Positions 22,903 to 33,885 of a DNA stretch of 64,000 nt are shown here, piece after piece. The notes under the pieces were generated by a model that saw only the letters and a program-made list of their open reading frames with translations, was not told the DNA's origin and made no database searches. Source of the DNA: Acutalibacteraceae bacterium. GTDB taxonomy: Bacteria; Pseudomonadota; Gammaproteobacteria; Burkholderiales; Burkholderiaceae_F. Made by a program: the position numbers and the translations under genes. Within the stretch, counting starts at the first letter, position 1. Each line of letters begins with the position of its first letter. The stretch covers positions 23,717 through 87,716 of the forward strand of contig CAVJBF010000002.1 in assembly GCA_963647785.1 (NCBI GenBank), read 5' to 3'.

Positions 22903-23407
22903 GATGAATCCTTGCCTTCAGTAAATAGCTTTAAAAAAGGGCGCCGACACTCTATGGAAAAAAGGAGCTCAGAGCCGTGTAAACACGAGGCCGAAGGAAA
23001 GCCCTGCGAGCTTCATCCGGCCGTATGCAAGTCATTTCCGAAGGTCGTCGTCGGACGCCCGGACTTGCGAAAACTCGATATTACACTCCATTTGAACCCC
23101 ATCTGTCAACACCCAACAAGCTGAAAACCAAAGATTTTTTATTCTCACTGTCATCGAACCCCATTGAAGTGGCAGATTTGGTAGTTATCGACAGGTTTTA
23201 CACAAGCGCTTGTGGACAACGCAAAAATATTCTGTAAAAACAATTTGCGACACCATTTGGTGAAACGGCGTTTGCAGGCTAAAATTCTGCCGCTCAGAAA
23301 AAATTGACTCGCCGGCGCTGACGCTTTTCTCCTGTTTCATGGTTCAACTTCTCAGGCGCTCAGGGCGTTTTTTTTGTCATCGGAAAACAACAACTGAAGC
23401 GAATCGT

Positions 23408-24748
23408 ATGTCGGAATTCTGGAATCAATGTCTCGACGTGCTGCGCCAAAAGCATGCGCAGGACGTCTTTCAAACGTGGTTTGCCGATCTCAAGGCAGAT
23501 GACACGGGGCTCGCTGACGGCGTGCTCACGCTCATCGCCGACTCCTCGGTGAAGTCACGAACGATTCAGGAGTCCTATGGCAAATCGATCTCGGCTGCCG
23601 TCAATCAGGTAGCGGGCCGCGATGTTGACATCACGTGGACCGTCGACGCCTCCACCGTAGCCCCGCCCCCGGCGCAGCCTGTCGCTCCCACTCCCGTGAA
23701 CCTGCAGGAGCAGTCCGGCCTGCTTCCCAATCTCACATTTGAAAACCTCGTTCTCGGCAGCGCCAACCAGCTCGCCTACGCCTCCGCCATGCAAGTGGCA
23801 ACCGCGCCCGGCACGCAGTACAACCCGCTCTTCATCTACGGCGGCGTTGGCCTCGGCAAAACGCATCTCATGCACGCCATCGGGCACAAGTTTCTGGAAG
23901 CGCACCCCAACGCCCGCGTTCGCTGCGTCTCCGCACAGCAGTACATGAGCGAATACACAACGGCCGTTCGCAAGCTCAACAGTCAGGGCGAGCAGGCCAT
24001 GCAGAGCTTTGAAGCACGGTATCAGGATCTCGACCTTCTTCTCATCGACGACATTCAGAGCTTTGCCAATCGCGAAGGCACGCAGACAAACTTCTTTCTC
24101 GCCTTTGAGCGCATGGTGCCGCGCGGCAAGCAGATCGTGCTCACGAGCGACACCTACCCCCGCAACCTCAAGGACTTTCAAGAGCGCCTGCTCTCCCGTC
24201 TCACGCAGGGGCTCGTGGTTTCGGTTGAGCCGCCGGAACTGGAGATGCGCATCCAAATTCTGATGCAGAAAGCGGACCGCTCCGGCCTCGAAATGCCCGA
24301 AGACGTCGCCGTCACTATCGCCAAGCGCTTGAAAAGCAACGTCAGAGAATTGGAAGGCGCTGTGCAGCAGGTTCTCGCCTACACCAACTTCCATAATCTC
24401 CCAGTCACGATCGACACGGTGAAGGTGGCGCTTCGCGACATCTTCAAAGTAAGCGCCGTTCCCGTCACGATTGAAAACATTCAGCAGGCGGTCGCCGAGT
24501 ACTACAACCTCAAGGTGGCCGACATGTACTCGAAGTCCCGCAAGGGGCCGATCGTCTACGCCCGTCAAGTAGCGATGTATCTTGCAAAAGAGCTCACCCA
24601 GAAGAGCCTCCCCGAGATCGCCTCCTTCTTCGGCAAGCGCGACCACACGACCGTGATGTACGCCTGCCGCAAGATTCAGGCCGCCCGCAACACGGACGAA
24701 GGCCTGAAGCACGAAATCAACATCCTCGAGCAGCGGCTCAAGAATTGA
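23408..24748 (+). CDS. dnaA: Chromosomal replication initiator protein DnaA
   Basis: MSEFWNQCL start, Walker A GGVGLGKTHL, and C-terminal DNA-binding helix with DHTTV. Start at 23408 preferred over 23339. Confidence 0.97.
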   Translation: MSEFWNQCLDVLRQKHAQDVFQTWFADLKADDTGLADGVLTLIADSSVKSRTIQESYGKSISAAVNQVAGRDVDITWTVDASTVAPPPAQPVAPTPVNLQEQSGLLPNLTFENLVLGSANQLAYASAMQVATAPGTQYNPLFIYGGVGLGKTHLMHAIGHKFLEAHPNARVRCVSAQQYMSEYTTAVRKLNSQGEQAMQSFEARYQDLDLLLIDDIQSFANREGTQTNFFLAFERMVPRGKQIVLTSDTYPRNLKDFQERLLSRLTQGLVVSVEPPELEMRIQILMQKADRSGLEMPEDVAVTIAKRLKSNVRELEGAVQQVLAYTNFHNLPVTIDTVKVALRDIFKVSAVPVTIENIQQAVAEYYNLKVADMYSKSRKGPIVYARQVAMYLAKELTQKSLPEIASFFGKRDHTTVMYACRKIQAARNTDEGLKHEINILEQRLKN

Positions 24749-24771
24749 CGGGAAGGCCTTGTCAACTCCGT

Positions 24772-24798
24772 AAAATGCCGCCTGAAAGCGGCATTTTT
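24772..24798 (+). terminator. Terminator/attenuator hairpin between dnaA and dnaN
   Basis: Stem ATGCCGC/GCGGCAT with loop CTGAAA, flanked by AAAA and TTTTT. Confidence 0.55.
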
Positions 24799-24870
24799 CA
24801 ATTAAAATTGTTTATTGCTCTGCGTTTCGGCGCAATGAATCTCTAACTGATTTAAAAAGGGATTTTCCAA

Positions 24871-25983
24871 ATGCCATTTATCAAGTGCACGCGTGACGCG
24901 CTTTTGAAGCCCCTCCAGATCGTCGGCGGCATCGTTGAAGGCCGCCAGTCGGTGGCCATCCTTTCCAATATTCTCGTGGAAAAGATGAACGAAAAGGTGA
25001 CCTTCACGGCAACGGATTTGGAAATCCAGACGCAGGTGACGGCCATGGTGGGCGACGGCGAAGGCGAAGTGAAAACGACGCTTCCGGCCGCAAAGCTCAC
25101 AGCGCTTTTGAATGCCATCACCGGCTCAAGCTCCGAAGTAACGCTCGAGGACGAAGGCCGCCACGTAGTGCTTCGCTCCGGCAACGACGCTCGCTTCAGT
25201 CTCGCGCCTCTCGCTGCCGACGGTTACCCCAAGCTCACGGCAGGGACGATGGACGCCGAAATCACGGTGCCCGCCGCCGCCCTGAAGCACATCATCCAAA
25301 TGGTGCACTTTGCCATGGCGCAACAGGACGTCCGCTACTACCTCAACGGTCTCCTGTTCGTGATTGAGGGCGCCACGATCCGCGCTGTCGCCACCGACGG
25401 CCATCGACTCGCCTGTTGCGACGCCTCGCTTGAAAGCGAGAGCCCGGTGCGCGTGGAGGCGATTCTTCCCCGGAAGACGGTGATGCAGCTCATCAAGATG
25501 CTTCCCGACAACAACGACCCGGTGAAGGTGGAGATCTGTTCGCAACAGGCTCGCTTCTCCTTCGGAAACATCGAGTTCCTCACGAAGCTGATCGACGGCA
25601 AGTTCCCTGACTACAACCGCGTCATTCCCACGGGCAACGACAAGAAGTTTCTCATCAATCGCGAAGCTCTGATCGGCGCATTGCGCCGCGCAGCCATTCT
25701 CACGAACGAAAAATTCAAGGGCCTGCGCTGGGTAATCACCCCCGGGAAGCTTCACATTCAGAGCGCCAACTCCGAAATGGAGGAAGCGGCCGAAGACATC
25801 GCAATCACGTACGACGGCGGCGAACTCGATCTCGGCTTCAACGTGACGTACCTCCTCGACGTTCTGGGCAATTTGAAGAACACCGAAGTGTGCTTTGCCT
25901 TCGCAAACTCTCAGGGCGCCACGCTTCTCACGATGCCCGAAAGCGATCAGTTCCGCTACGTGCTGATGCCGATGCGCATCTGA
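24871..25983 (+). CDS. dnaN: DNA polymerase III beta sliding clamp
   Basis: 370 aa. Position after dnaA. Typical C-terminal end MPMRI. Confidence 0.96.
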   Translation: MPFIKCTRDALLKPLQIVGGIVEGRQSVAILSNILVEKMNEKVTFTATDLEIQTQVTAMVGDGEGEVKTTLPAAKLTALLNAITGSSSEVTLEDEGRHVVLRSGNDARFSLAPLAADGYPKLTAGTMDAEITVPAAALKHIIQMVHFAMAQQDVRYYLNGLLFVIEGATIRAVATDGHRLACCDASLESESPVRVEAILPRKTVMQLIKMLPDNNDPVKVEICSQQARFSFGNIEFLTKLIDGKFPDYNRVIPTGNDKKFLINREALIGALRRAAILTNEKFKGLRWVITPGKLHIQSANSEMEEAAEDIAITYDGGELDLGFNVTYLLDVLGNLKNTEVCFAFANSQGATLLTMPESDQFRYVLMPMRI

Positions 25984-26052
25984 TCGGCTCATTGAATAGG
26001 CCGGTTCGCCGCAACCGGCTTTTCACTGCCCTTCTAGCTTCTCCTTCACTGA

Positions 26053-28641
<2,589 letters not shown>

Positions 28642-28687
28642 CGCTTTTTAACGACAATTTGAGCTGTTTTATCAGCGGGAGGTCATC

Positions 28688-29617
28688 GTGAAGACAACAG
28701 AGAATCAGTTGGTAGTCGCGGTGTCCTCCCGCGCTCTTTTTGATCTTGAGAGCGAGCATGAGCTCTTTGAGCGGGAAGGCATAGCCGCCTACCGCGCCTA
28801 TCAGGAAAGCCATCGCGACGATCCGCTGCGCCCCGGCGTCGCTTTTCCCTTCATCCGGCGGCTCTTGAAGCTCAACGAGCTCTTCGACGGTGCCGAACCC
28901 TTTCGCGTCGTTGTGCTGAGCCGCAACTCGCCGGAAACCGGTCAGCGATTCTTCTGTTCCTGCCGCCATTACCATCTTCCTATCCGGGCAGGCGCCTTCA
29001 CGTCCGGCCAGTCCACCTTTCCATACCTCGCCTCCTTTGACGTCTCGCTCTTTCTCTCCGCCAACCGCGAAAGCGTGATGAGCGCGCTCGCCGCAGGGCA
29101 GCCAGCGGGCTGGGTGCTCCCCAGCAACTCTGGCGAAACCGCAGAAGACGGCGACAACGAGTTGCGCATCGCCTTTGACTTTGACGGCGTCATCATTGAC
29201 GACGAAGCCGAGCGAGAGTACCAGAAGGACGGTCTGGAGGGCTTTCAATCGCTTGAAATTGCGAAGGCGGCGACGCCTCACACGCCGGGCCCGCTCGCGA
29301 AGCTCTTCAAAAAGCTCGCCGCCTTCCAGAAGATGGACGCCAAGCGCGGCCAAAACGATCCCTACTACCAGCCAGCCATCCGCGTCGCCATTGTCACAAG
29401 CCGAGGCGCTCCAAGCGAGCAGCGTCTCATTACCACACTGAAGGCACAGGGTATGAGCGCCGCCGAGCTCTTTTTGATGGACGGACTCCCAAAAAGTCAA
29501 GTGCTCAACGTACTCCGTCCGCACATCTTCTTTGACGACCAGCTGCGCCACCTTGAGCGCACGGCAACCACCATCCCCAGCGTGCTGATCCCCTTCGGCA
29601 TCAACAACCCGCATTAG
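28688..29617 (+). CDS. Cytosolic 5'-nucleotidase-like protein (cN-IA / Pfam 5_nucleotid family, recalled from memory)
   Basis: 309 aa with a GTG start. N-terminal VVAVSSRALFDLE...AYR.YQE and FPFIRRLLKLN resemble bacterial members of this family. A DFDGV motif is present. Confidence 0.6.
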   Translation: MKTTENQLVVAVSSRALFDLESEHELFEREGIAAYRAYQESHRDDPLRPGVAFPFIRRLLKLNELFDGAEPFRVVVLSRNSPETGQRFFCSCRHYHLPIRAGAFTSGQSTFPYLASFDVSLFLSANRESVMSALAAGQPAGWVLPSNSGETAEDGDNELRIAFDFDGVIIDDEAEREYQKDGLEGFQSLEIAKAATPHTPGPLAKLFKKLAAFQKMDAKRGQNDPYYQPAIRVAIVTSRGAPSEQRLITTLKAQGMSAAELFLMDGLPKSQVLNVLRPHIFFDDQLRHLERTATTIPSVLIPFGINNPH

Positions 29618-29640
29618 CGGCCTCAAAAAGGCCCTTGGCG

Positions 29641-29685
29641 GCGCTTGTTATCCACAGAAGGACGGTGGATAACAAGCGCCTTTTT
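29641..29685 (+). terminator. Terminator hairpin with DnaA-box sequences in both arms
   Basis: Perfect 15-bp stem GCGCTTGTTATCCAC/GTGGATAACAAGCGC with a 9-nt loop, then CTTTTT. TTATCCACA (29648-29656) is a perfect DnaA box. Confidence 0.7.
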
Positions 29686-29692
29686 CTTTGCC

Positions 29693-30163
29693 TCAAATGG
29701 CTCCATCTTTCTTCAGCGTGCGACGCACCGTCATGCCTAGCGCCCGCAGCGAGATGCTCACCTCGCGAGAAAACAGCACGGTGGAGATGACGATGAAGCC
29801 CACGGCAAGAAAGAGCAACAAGTCTTCGATGCTTCTCAGATTGAGGCTGAACATCGTGGCCAAGACGCTCATCAACACCAGCAACCCCGAGAAGGCAGCT
29901 GACATTACGACAAAGAGAATTGACCTTTTTAACAGTCTAGATCTATGAAAAATAAGCAATATTTCTTCGTCCATCAGTTTAACTTCGTCGCCCTTGTCCA
30001 ACTGATCGACTTACTGCAGCCGACTTTTCAGCAGTTCGCGAATGCGATTCGTGGCATGTGCATAGCGCGCTGACATGGTGAGCATCAGAAGACCAACGCC
30101 AGAAATTAACGTCTCTGGCGTTAGCGCAGAGCTCAGCACTGAAACAAATTTAATATTGTTCAT
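29693..30163 (-). pseudogene. DUF2721-family membrane protein interrupted by an in-frame TAA
   Basis: ATG at 30163 gives MNNIKFVSVLSSALTPETLISGVGLLMLTMSARYAHATNRIRELLKSRLQ, then TAA (30011-30013). The same frame continues as VDQLDKGDEV... into the 102-aa ORF-track entry 29693-30001. Confidence 0.6.
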
Positions 30164-30169
30164 AAAGTT

Positions 30170-31132
30170 TTTTAACCTGACATATAAGGCTATTTATTAG
30201 TTGTTTTTATTACATTATCCTTTGGCGAGGTGGAAGATTTTAGTTAGAAGGGTTGGCAAAAGCACCTCAATTTGAGCGTGGGTTGCCTTCGAAGCAAAAA
30301 CTTCCAACGCTTTACTTTTTCACAAAGTGGCTGTGGAGAAGGGACGTCGGTCCACACGGCCAAAATGTAAAAGGGCTACCCTAAAAATGATGATTTTTTA
30401 AGATTTAAACATAACAGTAGTAAACAATAAGGTGTGGACAAAACTGTTGATAAATGGAAAAAGTCAAGCAGCATCAGCAGCTTGGCGTGTGGATAAGGCT
30501 GCGAAGACAGGGGCGGAAAGGCTGTGGTCTGCTTGTGGACGGTTGTGTGGAAAACGACGGGGACGAAAACGGTAGAAAAATTATCCGCAGACCGAGTTCA
30601 GTTGTTAAGTCAGTTGTCCCATCTTTTATCCACAGTGAACAGAGGAAAAAACGAAGGTCAGAGAGACTGGCGGACGGAAGCGATGTCCGGACAGCCGGAC
30701 CTTAGACTGGCATAGGAAATACCATTGACTTATAAGAAAAAAATCTGTTATTTTGAAGAAGCGAATGCATTTGGCAAGTTATTCCTGCTGTTTTAATAAA
30801 AATTTGATTTTTTAAATAATAGTAATAACAATAACGGCGAACAACTCTGTGGATAAAATCTGAAAGTCTTTTTGTTTCAGTGCTTTGCGTTGTGAAAAAC
30901 GCTGGGGACGATTGAGCGGATTGATTGTGCACAGCCTGTGGAGAGTTGTGTGGAAAAAGAGGGGGTTGAGCGCTGACAAAAATTCATCCCCATCGACCGA
31001 TGACTTCTCCTTGGGATTGTCCACAAAGTTTTCCACATGGCGAACAGCCCGCGAAGGGGTGCCGCTGTTGCGGTAAAGCGAAAAACGCAGTAAATTTTCC
31101 CTGTTTTTCGCGTTTTACTTGGATGAGGCGGC
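30170..31132. other. Chromosomal replication origin candidate (oriC)
   Basis: About 1 kb without credible coding sequence. Perfect DnaA boxes at 30488-30496, 30626-30634 and 30848-30856. One-mismatch boxes at 30332, 30433, 30546, 30581, 30949, 31017 and 31029. Weaker boxes at 30534 and 30937. AT-rich tracts at about 30380-30430 and 30725-30835. Confidence 0.8.
30791..30856. promoter_or_regulatory. Candidate unwinding module: AT-rich tract, DnaA-trio-like array, GC cluster, DnaA box
   Basis: TTTTAATAAAAATTTGATTTTTTAAA, then TAA TAG TAA TAA CAA TAA (30817-30834), then CGGCG, 8 nt, then TGTGGATAA (30848-30856). Confidence 0.5.
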
Positions 31133-31906
31133 ATGTTCAGCCTGGAAGTAATGCCTTGGTTCTCTCCGGCGGTTTCTCCGGAGATTGCCCGAGTCATGCA
31201 CAATCTGGGATATCGCTCGGAGCTTTGGCCGGGCGATGAGATTGGTCAGGGCTTCTTTCGCCGCGTTGTTTTTATTGCCGGCGGATTTGCGGCTAATGCC
31301 TTGATTGCAACGGGCAGCCATGCGCCGTTGCAGATGACGATGGCGGGGGCTGGCAGCTTTGCGGTGACTGGAAGCGCACTTTCTGTGGATGACAATGAGC
31401 CGCGCCGCTGCTGGGCGCTTACCCGTTGCACAACGCTCTCTGTGAGTCCCGAGATATTGATTCGTCTTTCTGAAGTGGAAAGCGCTTGGAGCAAGGAGCT
31501 GACGTCGTACCATATGCGCCGCTGCGTAAGCGAGCGATTTGGTCAGATGGTTTGCCACGTAGCCAAACCTGACCGTCGTTTGGGCGTATTGCTGGCGACG
31601 TCTACGGAAGCCGTGATTGCTTCCTCTCGCAGTTGGTCGAAGGAATCAGCGGACGGCTGGGTTCGTCTGCCGCACCTTCCTTCGCGTAAACTCATCGCCT
31701 CGGTGATTTCCTGCTCTCCCACTACGTTGGATCAAGTGATTCGCGACTGGATGGCGCAAGGTCTCTTTCGCCATGAAGGTGGTTCGCTGTGGATGAAAAA
31801 ATCAGCGTTGCAGGAGCATCGGCAGTGGCTGACGCCTTTTTTGCAGATGCAAAAGGACATCGAGAAGGCCGTCAATGTGCGGTCGAATTTTCATTTTCCG
31901 GAGTAG
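31133..31906 (+). CDS. Crp/Fnr-family-like transcriptional regulator (divergent)
   Basis: 257 aa. C-terminal HTH-like segment LPSRKLIASVISCSPTTLDQVIRDWMAQGLF preceded by a beta-barrel-like region. No Fnr Cys cluster seen. Family assignment is from pattern only. Confidence 0.5.
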   Translation: MFSLEVMPWFSPAVSPEIARVMHNLGYRSELWPGDEIGQGFFRRVVFIAGGFAANALIATGSHAPLQMTMAGAGSFAVTGSALSVDDNEPRRCWALTRCTTLSVSPEILIRLSEVESAWSKELTSYHMRRCVSERFGQMVCHVAKPDRRLGVLLATSTEAVIASSRSWSKESADGWVRLPHLPSRKLIASVISCSPTTLDQVIRDWMAQGLFRHEGGSLWMKKSALQEHRQWLTPFLQMQKDIEKAVNVRSNFHFPE

Positions 31907-31908
31907 AC

Positions 31909-32601
31909 ATGACGCGTTCCTTCAAGAAGTTTTCTCTTTTTGCAGCAACTGCTTCGTCGGCGGTCGTTTTAATGACGACGGGGTGCGCACCGCTCATTTT
32001 CGGTGGGGCAGTGGTGGCAGGAGGCACAACCGTGTCTTCCGCTGCGGACCGGCGATCCACTGGCGCTCAGGTGAACGACGGCATATTGGAAACCCGCGTA
32101 AGAGGTGAAATTCTTCGCGCCATTGGCAGCGCCGCAAAGACGCATTACACCGTGACGGCTTACAACGGCAGTGTGTTGCTTTCCGGTGAGATGGCGACGG
32201 AAGAGCTGAAGGCGGCTGCTGTGAAGACGGCTCGCGCCAGTCTGGACGTGAAGCGTGTTATGGATGAAATCGCCGTCATGGAGCCTGTGAGCGTGGGCCA
32301 GCGAATGAGTGACTCGACGCTGGCGACGAAAGTTCGCAGCAACATCATTGGCAACAAGAACGTCTCCATTAATCAGCTGAAGATCACGGTGGAACGCGGC
32401 ATCGTTTACATCACCGGTCTTTTGACGCCGGAGGAAAACAAGGAAGCCTGCCAGTCCGCTGCGAAGACGAGCGGCGTTGTGAAGGTGGTGTCGCACGCCG
32501 AGCTTTTGAGCGCCGAACGCATTGAGAAGATGAAGGAAGAGGAGGCGGCGCGCAAGGCGCGTCTTGCGCAGGATCAAATGGATCAAACGTCGACGCAGTG
32601 A
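31909..32601 (+). CDS. BON-domain lipoprotein (DolP/YraP/OsmY-like)
   Basis: Start MTRSFKKFSLFAATASSAVVLMTTGC (lipobox). Two BON-like repeats (VTAYNGSVLLSGEM, ITVERGIVYITGLL). GGAG lies 7 nt upstream of the ATG at 31909. Confidence 0.8.
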   Translation: MTRSFKKFSLFAATASSAVVLMTTGCAPLIFGGAVVAGGTTVSSAADRRSTGAQVNDGILETRVRGEILRAIGSAAKTHYTVTAYNGSVLLSGEMATEELKAAAVKTARASLDVKRVMDEIAVMEPVSVGQRMSDSTLATKVRSNIIGNKNVSINQLKITVERGIVYITGLLTPEENKEACQSAAKTSGVVKVVSHAELLSAERIEKMKEEEAARKARLAQDQMDQTSTQ

Positions 32602-32621
32602 TCTTGCTGTTGTATTACGTT

Positions 32622-32650
32622 AAAAAGGGAGCCTGGCGGCTCCCTTTTTT
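32622..32650. terminator. Bidirectional rho-independent terminator
   Basis: AAAAA-GGGAGCC-TGGC-GGCTCCC-TTTTTT between convergent genes. Confidence 0.8.
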
Positions 32651-32660
32651 GCACCCGTCC

Positions 32661-33578
32661 TTAGAACTTTGTGAGGGTAAAGGCGGCGATGCCGCCTGCG
32701 GTGAGGGCTAGCGAAAACAGAAGCTCCAGCCGGATGACGGAGAACATTACGGCATTCAATTCCAGTCCGTTTTTCTGAGCCAGATTGCGTGAAGCAGCAA
32801 AGGCCAAAGGAATCGTCCCCCAGGTGACGAGAACTGGCCACAGCGCGTAATTGAAGGCCGCCATAAGGACGGTAAGCAGGTAGGGCAGAATGAGGGTTGC
32901 CGAGAAAACAACAATCATGCCTTTTTTCCCCAGCAGCACGGCGAGCGTGCAGCGGCCGACGGAGGCGTCATGCTCTTCATCGCGGTAGTTGTTGACCGCA
33001 AGGACGGCGGCAGCGATGAAGCCCACGGCGGAGGCGGCAAGCATAGCTTCGGTTGAAACCGTGAGCGTCTGCAGGTAGTAGGTGCCGCAGACAGCTACCA
33101 GGCCGAAAAAGAGAAAGACGGTGATTTCGCCAAAAGGAGTGTAGGCGATGGGCTTGGGACCTCCCATGTAGCAGTAGGCGGCGACAATTGATGCAACGAA
33201 GATGATGAACATGACCCAGCCGCCGCAGTAGATGAGATAGGCCGTATCAATAAAGGCAATGACGCCCAAAAGCTTGATCGCTCGTTCGACGGCAGCGACG
33301 GTGAGCCAACCGTTGGCGGTGGCTCGCGGAAGGCCTTTTCGCTTGGCGTTTTCGGCTTTTCGCTTGGTGTAGCCTGCGTCATTTTCCATGTTGCTCACCA
33401 TCTGCATGAGAACAGAGAGCAGGAGCGTTGCGGCGGCGACGGACCAGTTGAGATTTCCCGTGACGGCGAGCGCGAGAGCAAGTCCCGTGAGCACTGGGGC
33501 GATTGCAATGATCCAGGTTTTGGGACGTGCGCAGGCAGCCCAGGCCGCAAGACTGTTTTTCTTGATGTTATTGGTCAT
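32661..33578 (-). CDS. menA: UbiA-superfamily prenyltransferase, MenA-like (1,4-dihydroxy-2-naphthoate polyprenyltransferase)
   Basis: 305 aa. Colinear with E. coli MenA (ARPKTW, second motif NNYRDEEHD). The first Asp-rich motif is atypical (see findings). Confidence 0.6.
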   Translation of the reverse strand: MTNNIKKNSLAAWAACARPKTWIIAIAPVLTGLALALAVTGNLNWSVAAATLLLSVLMQMVSNMENDAGYTKRKAENAKRKGLPRATANGWLTVAAVERAIKLLGVIAFIDTAYLIYCGGWVMFIIFVASIVAAYCYMGGPKPIAYTPFGEITVFLFFGLVAVCGTYYLQTLTVSTEAMLAASAVGFIAAAVLAVNNYRDEEHDASVGRCTLAVLLGKKGMIVVFSATLILPYLLTVLMAAFNYALWPVLVTWGTIPLAFAASRNLAQKNGLELNAVMFSVIRLELLFSLALTAGGIAAFTLTKF

Positions 33579-33582
33579 TGTA

Positions 33583-33876
33583 CTACAGAACTATCTTGAC
33601 CATGGGGTGGCTTGTGAGAAGCCGGTAGACAGTGTCGAGTTGTTCTCGGTTTTCAACGTGCACGATGAGGGTGAGCGACGTGTACTTGCCAGTCTTTGAC
33701 TTTTCCTGACGGATGGTCGAGGGATCAAAGGAAGGCAGAATCTCACGAACAGCGGCGCCCACGGCCTGAGCAAAGTCGGGAGTTGAGAGCCCCATCGCCT
33801 TGATGGGGAAATCCGTCGGATAATTGATGAGGGATTCTTCCATGGCGACGGTGCCGTCAGTAGGTTTTTCTTTCAT
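33583..33876 (-). CDS. ybeD: YbeD/DUF493-family protein
   Basis: 97 aa with YPTDFPIKAMG and TSHPMVKIVL. Lies next to a dacA-like gene, as in E. coli dacA-ybeD. Confidence 0.85.
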   Translation of the reverse strand: MKEKPTDGTVAMEESLINYPTDFPIKAMGLSTPDFAQAVGAAVREILPSFDPSTIRQEKSKTGKYTSLTLIVHVENREQLDTVYRLLTSHPMVKIVL

Positions 33877-33885
33877 ATCGTTGCC

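Noticed and set aside
22903-23407. The rpmH-dnaA spacer as the sole replication origin.
   Set aside because: I could read only two one-mismatch DnaA boxes and no strong AT-rich or trio-like element there. It fits a dnaA/rpmH promoter region with autoregulatory boxes. This is not fully excluded, as discussed in the origin-placement finding.
30454-31239. Seven overlapping 63-108-aa ORF-track entries inside the 30.2-31.1 kb non-coding region.
   Set aside because: They overlap one another on both strands and have no RBS or family signal. They are composed largely of DnaA-box and AT-tract sequence, and the region is better explained as oriC.
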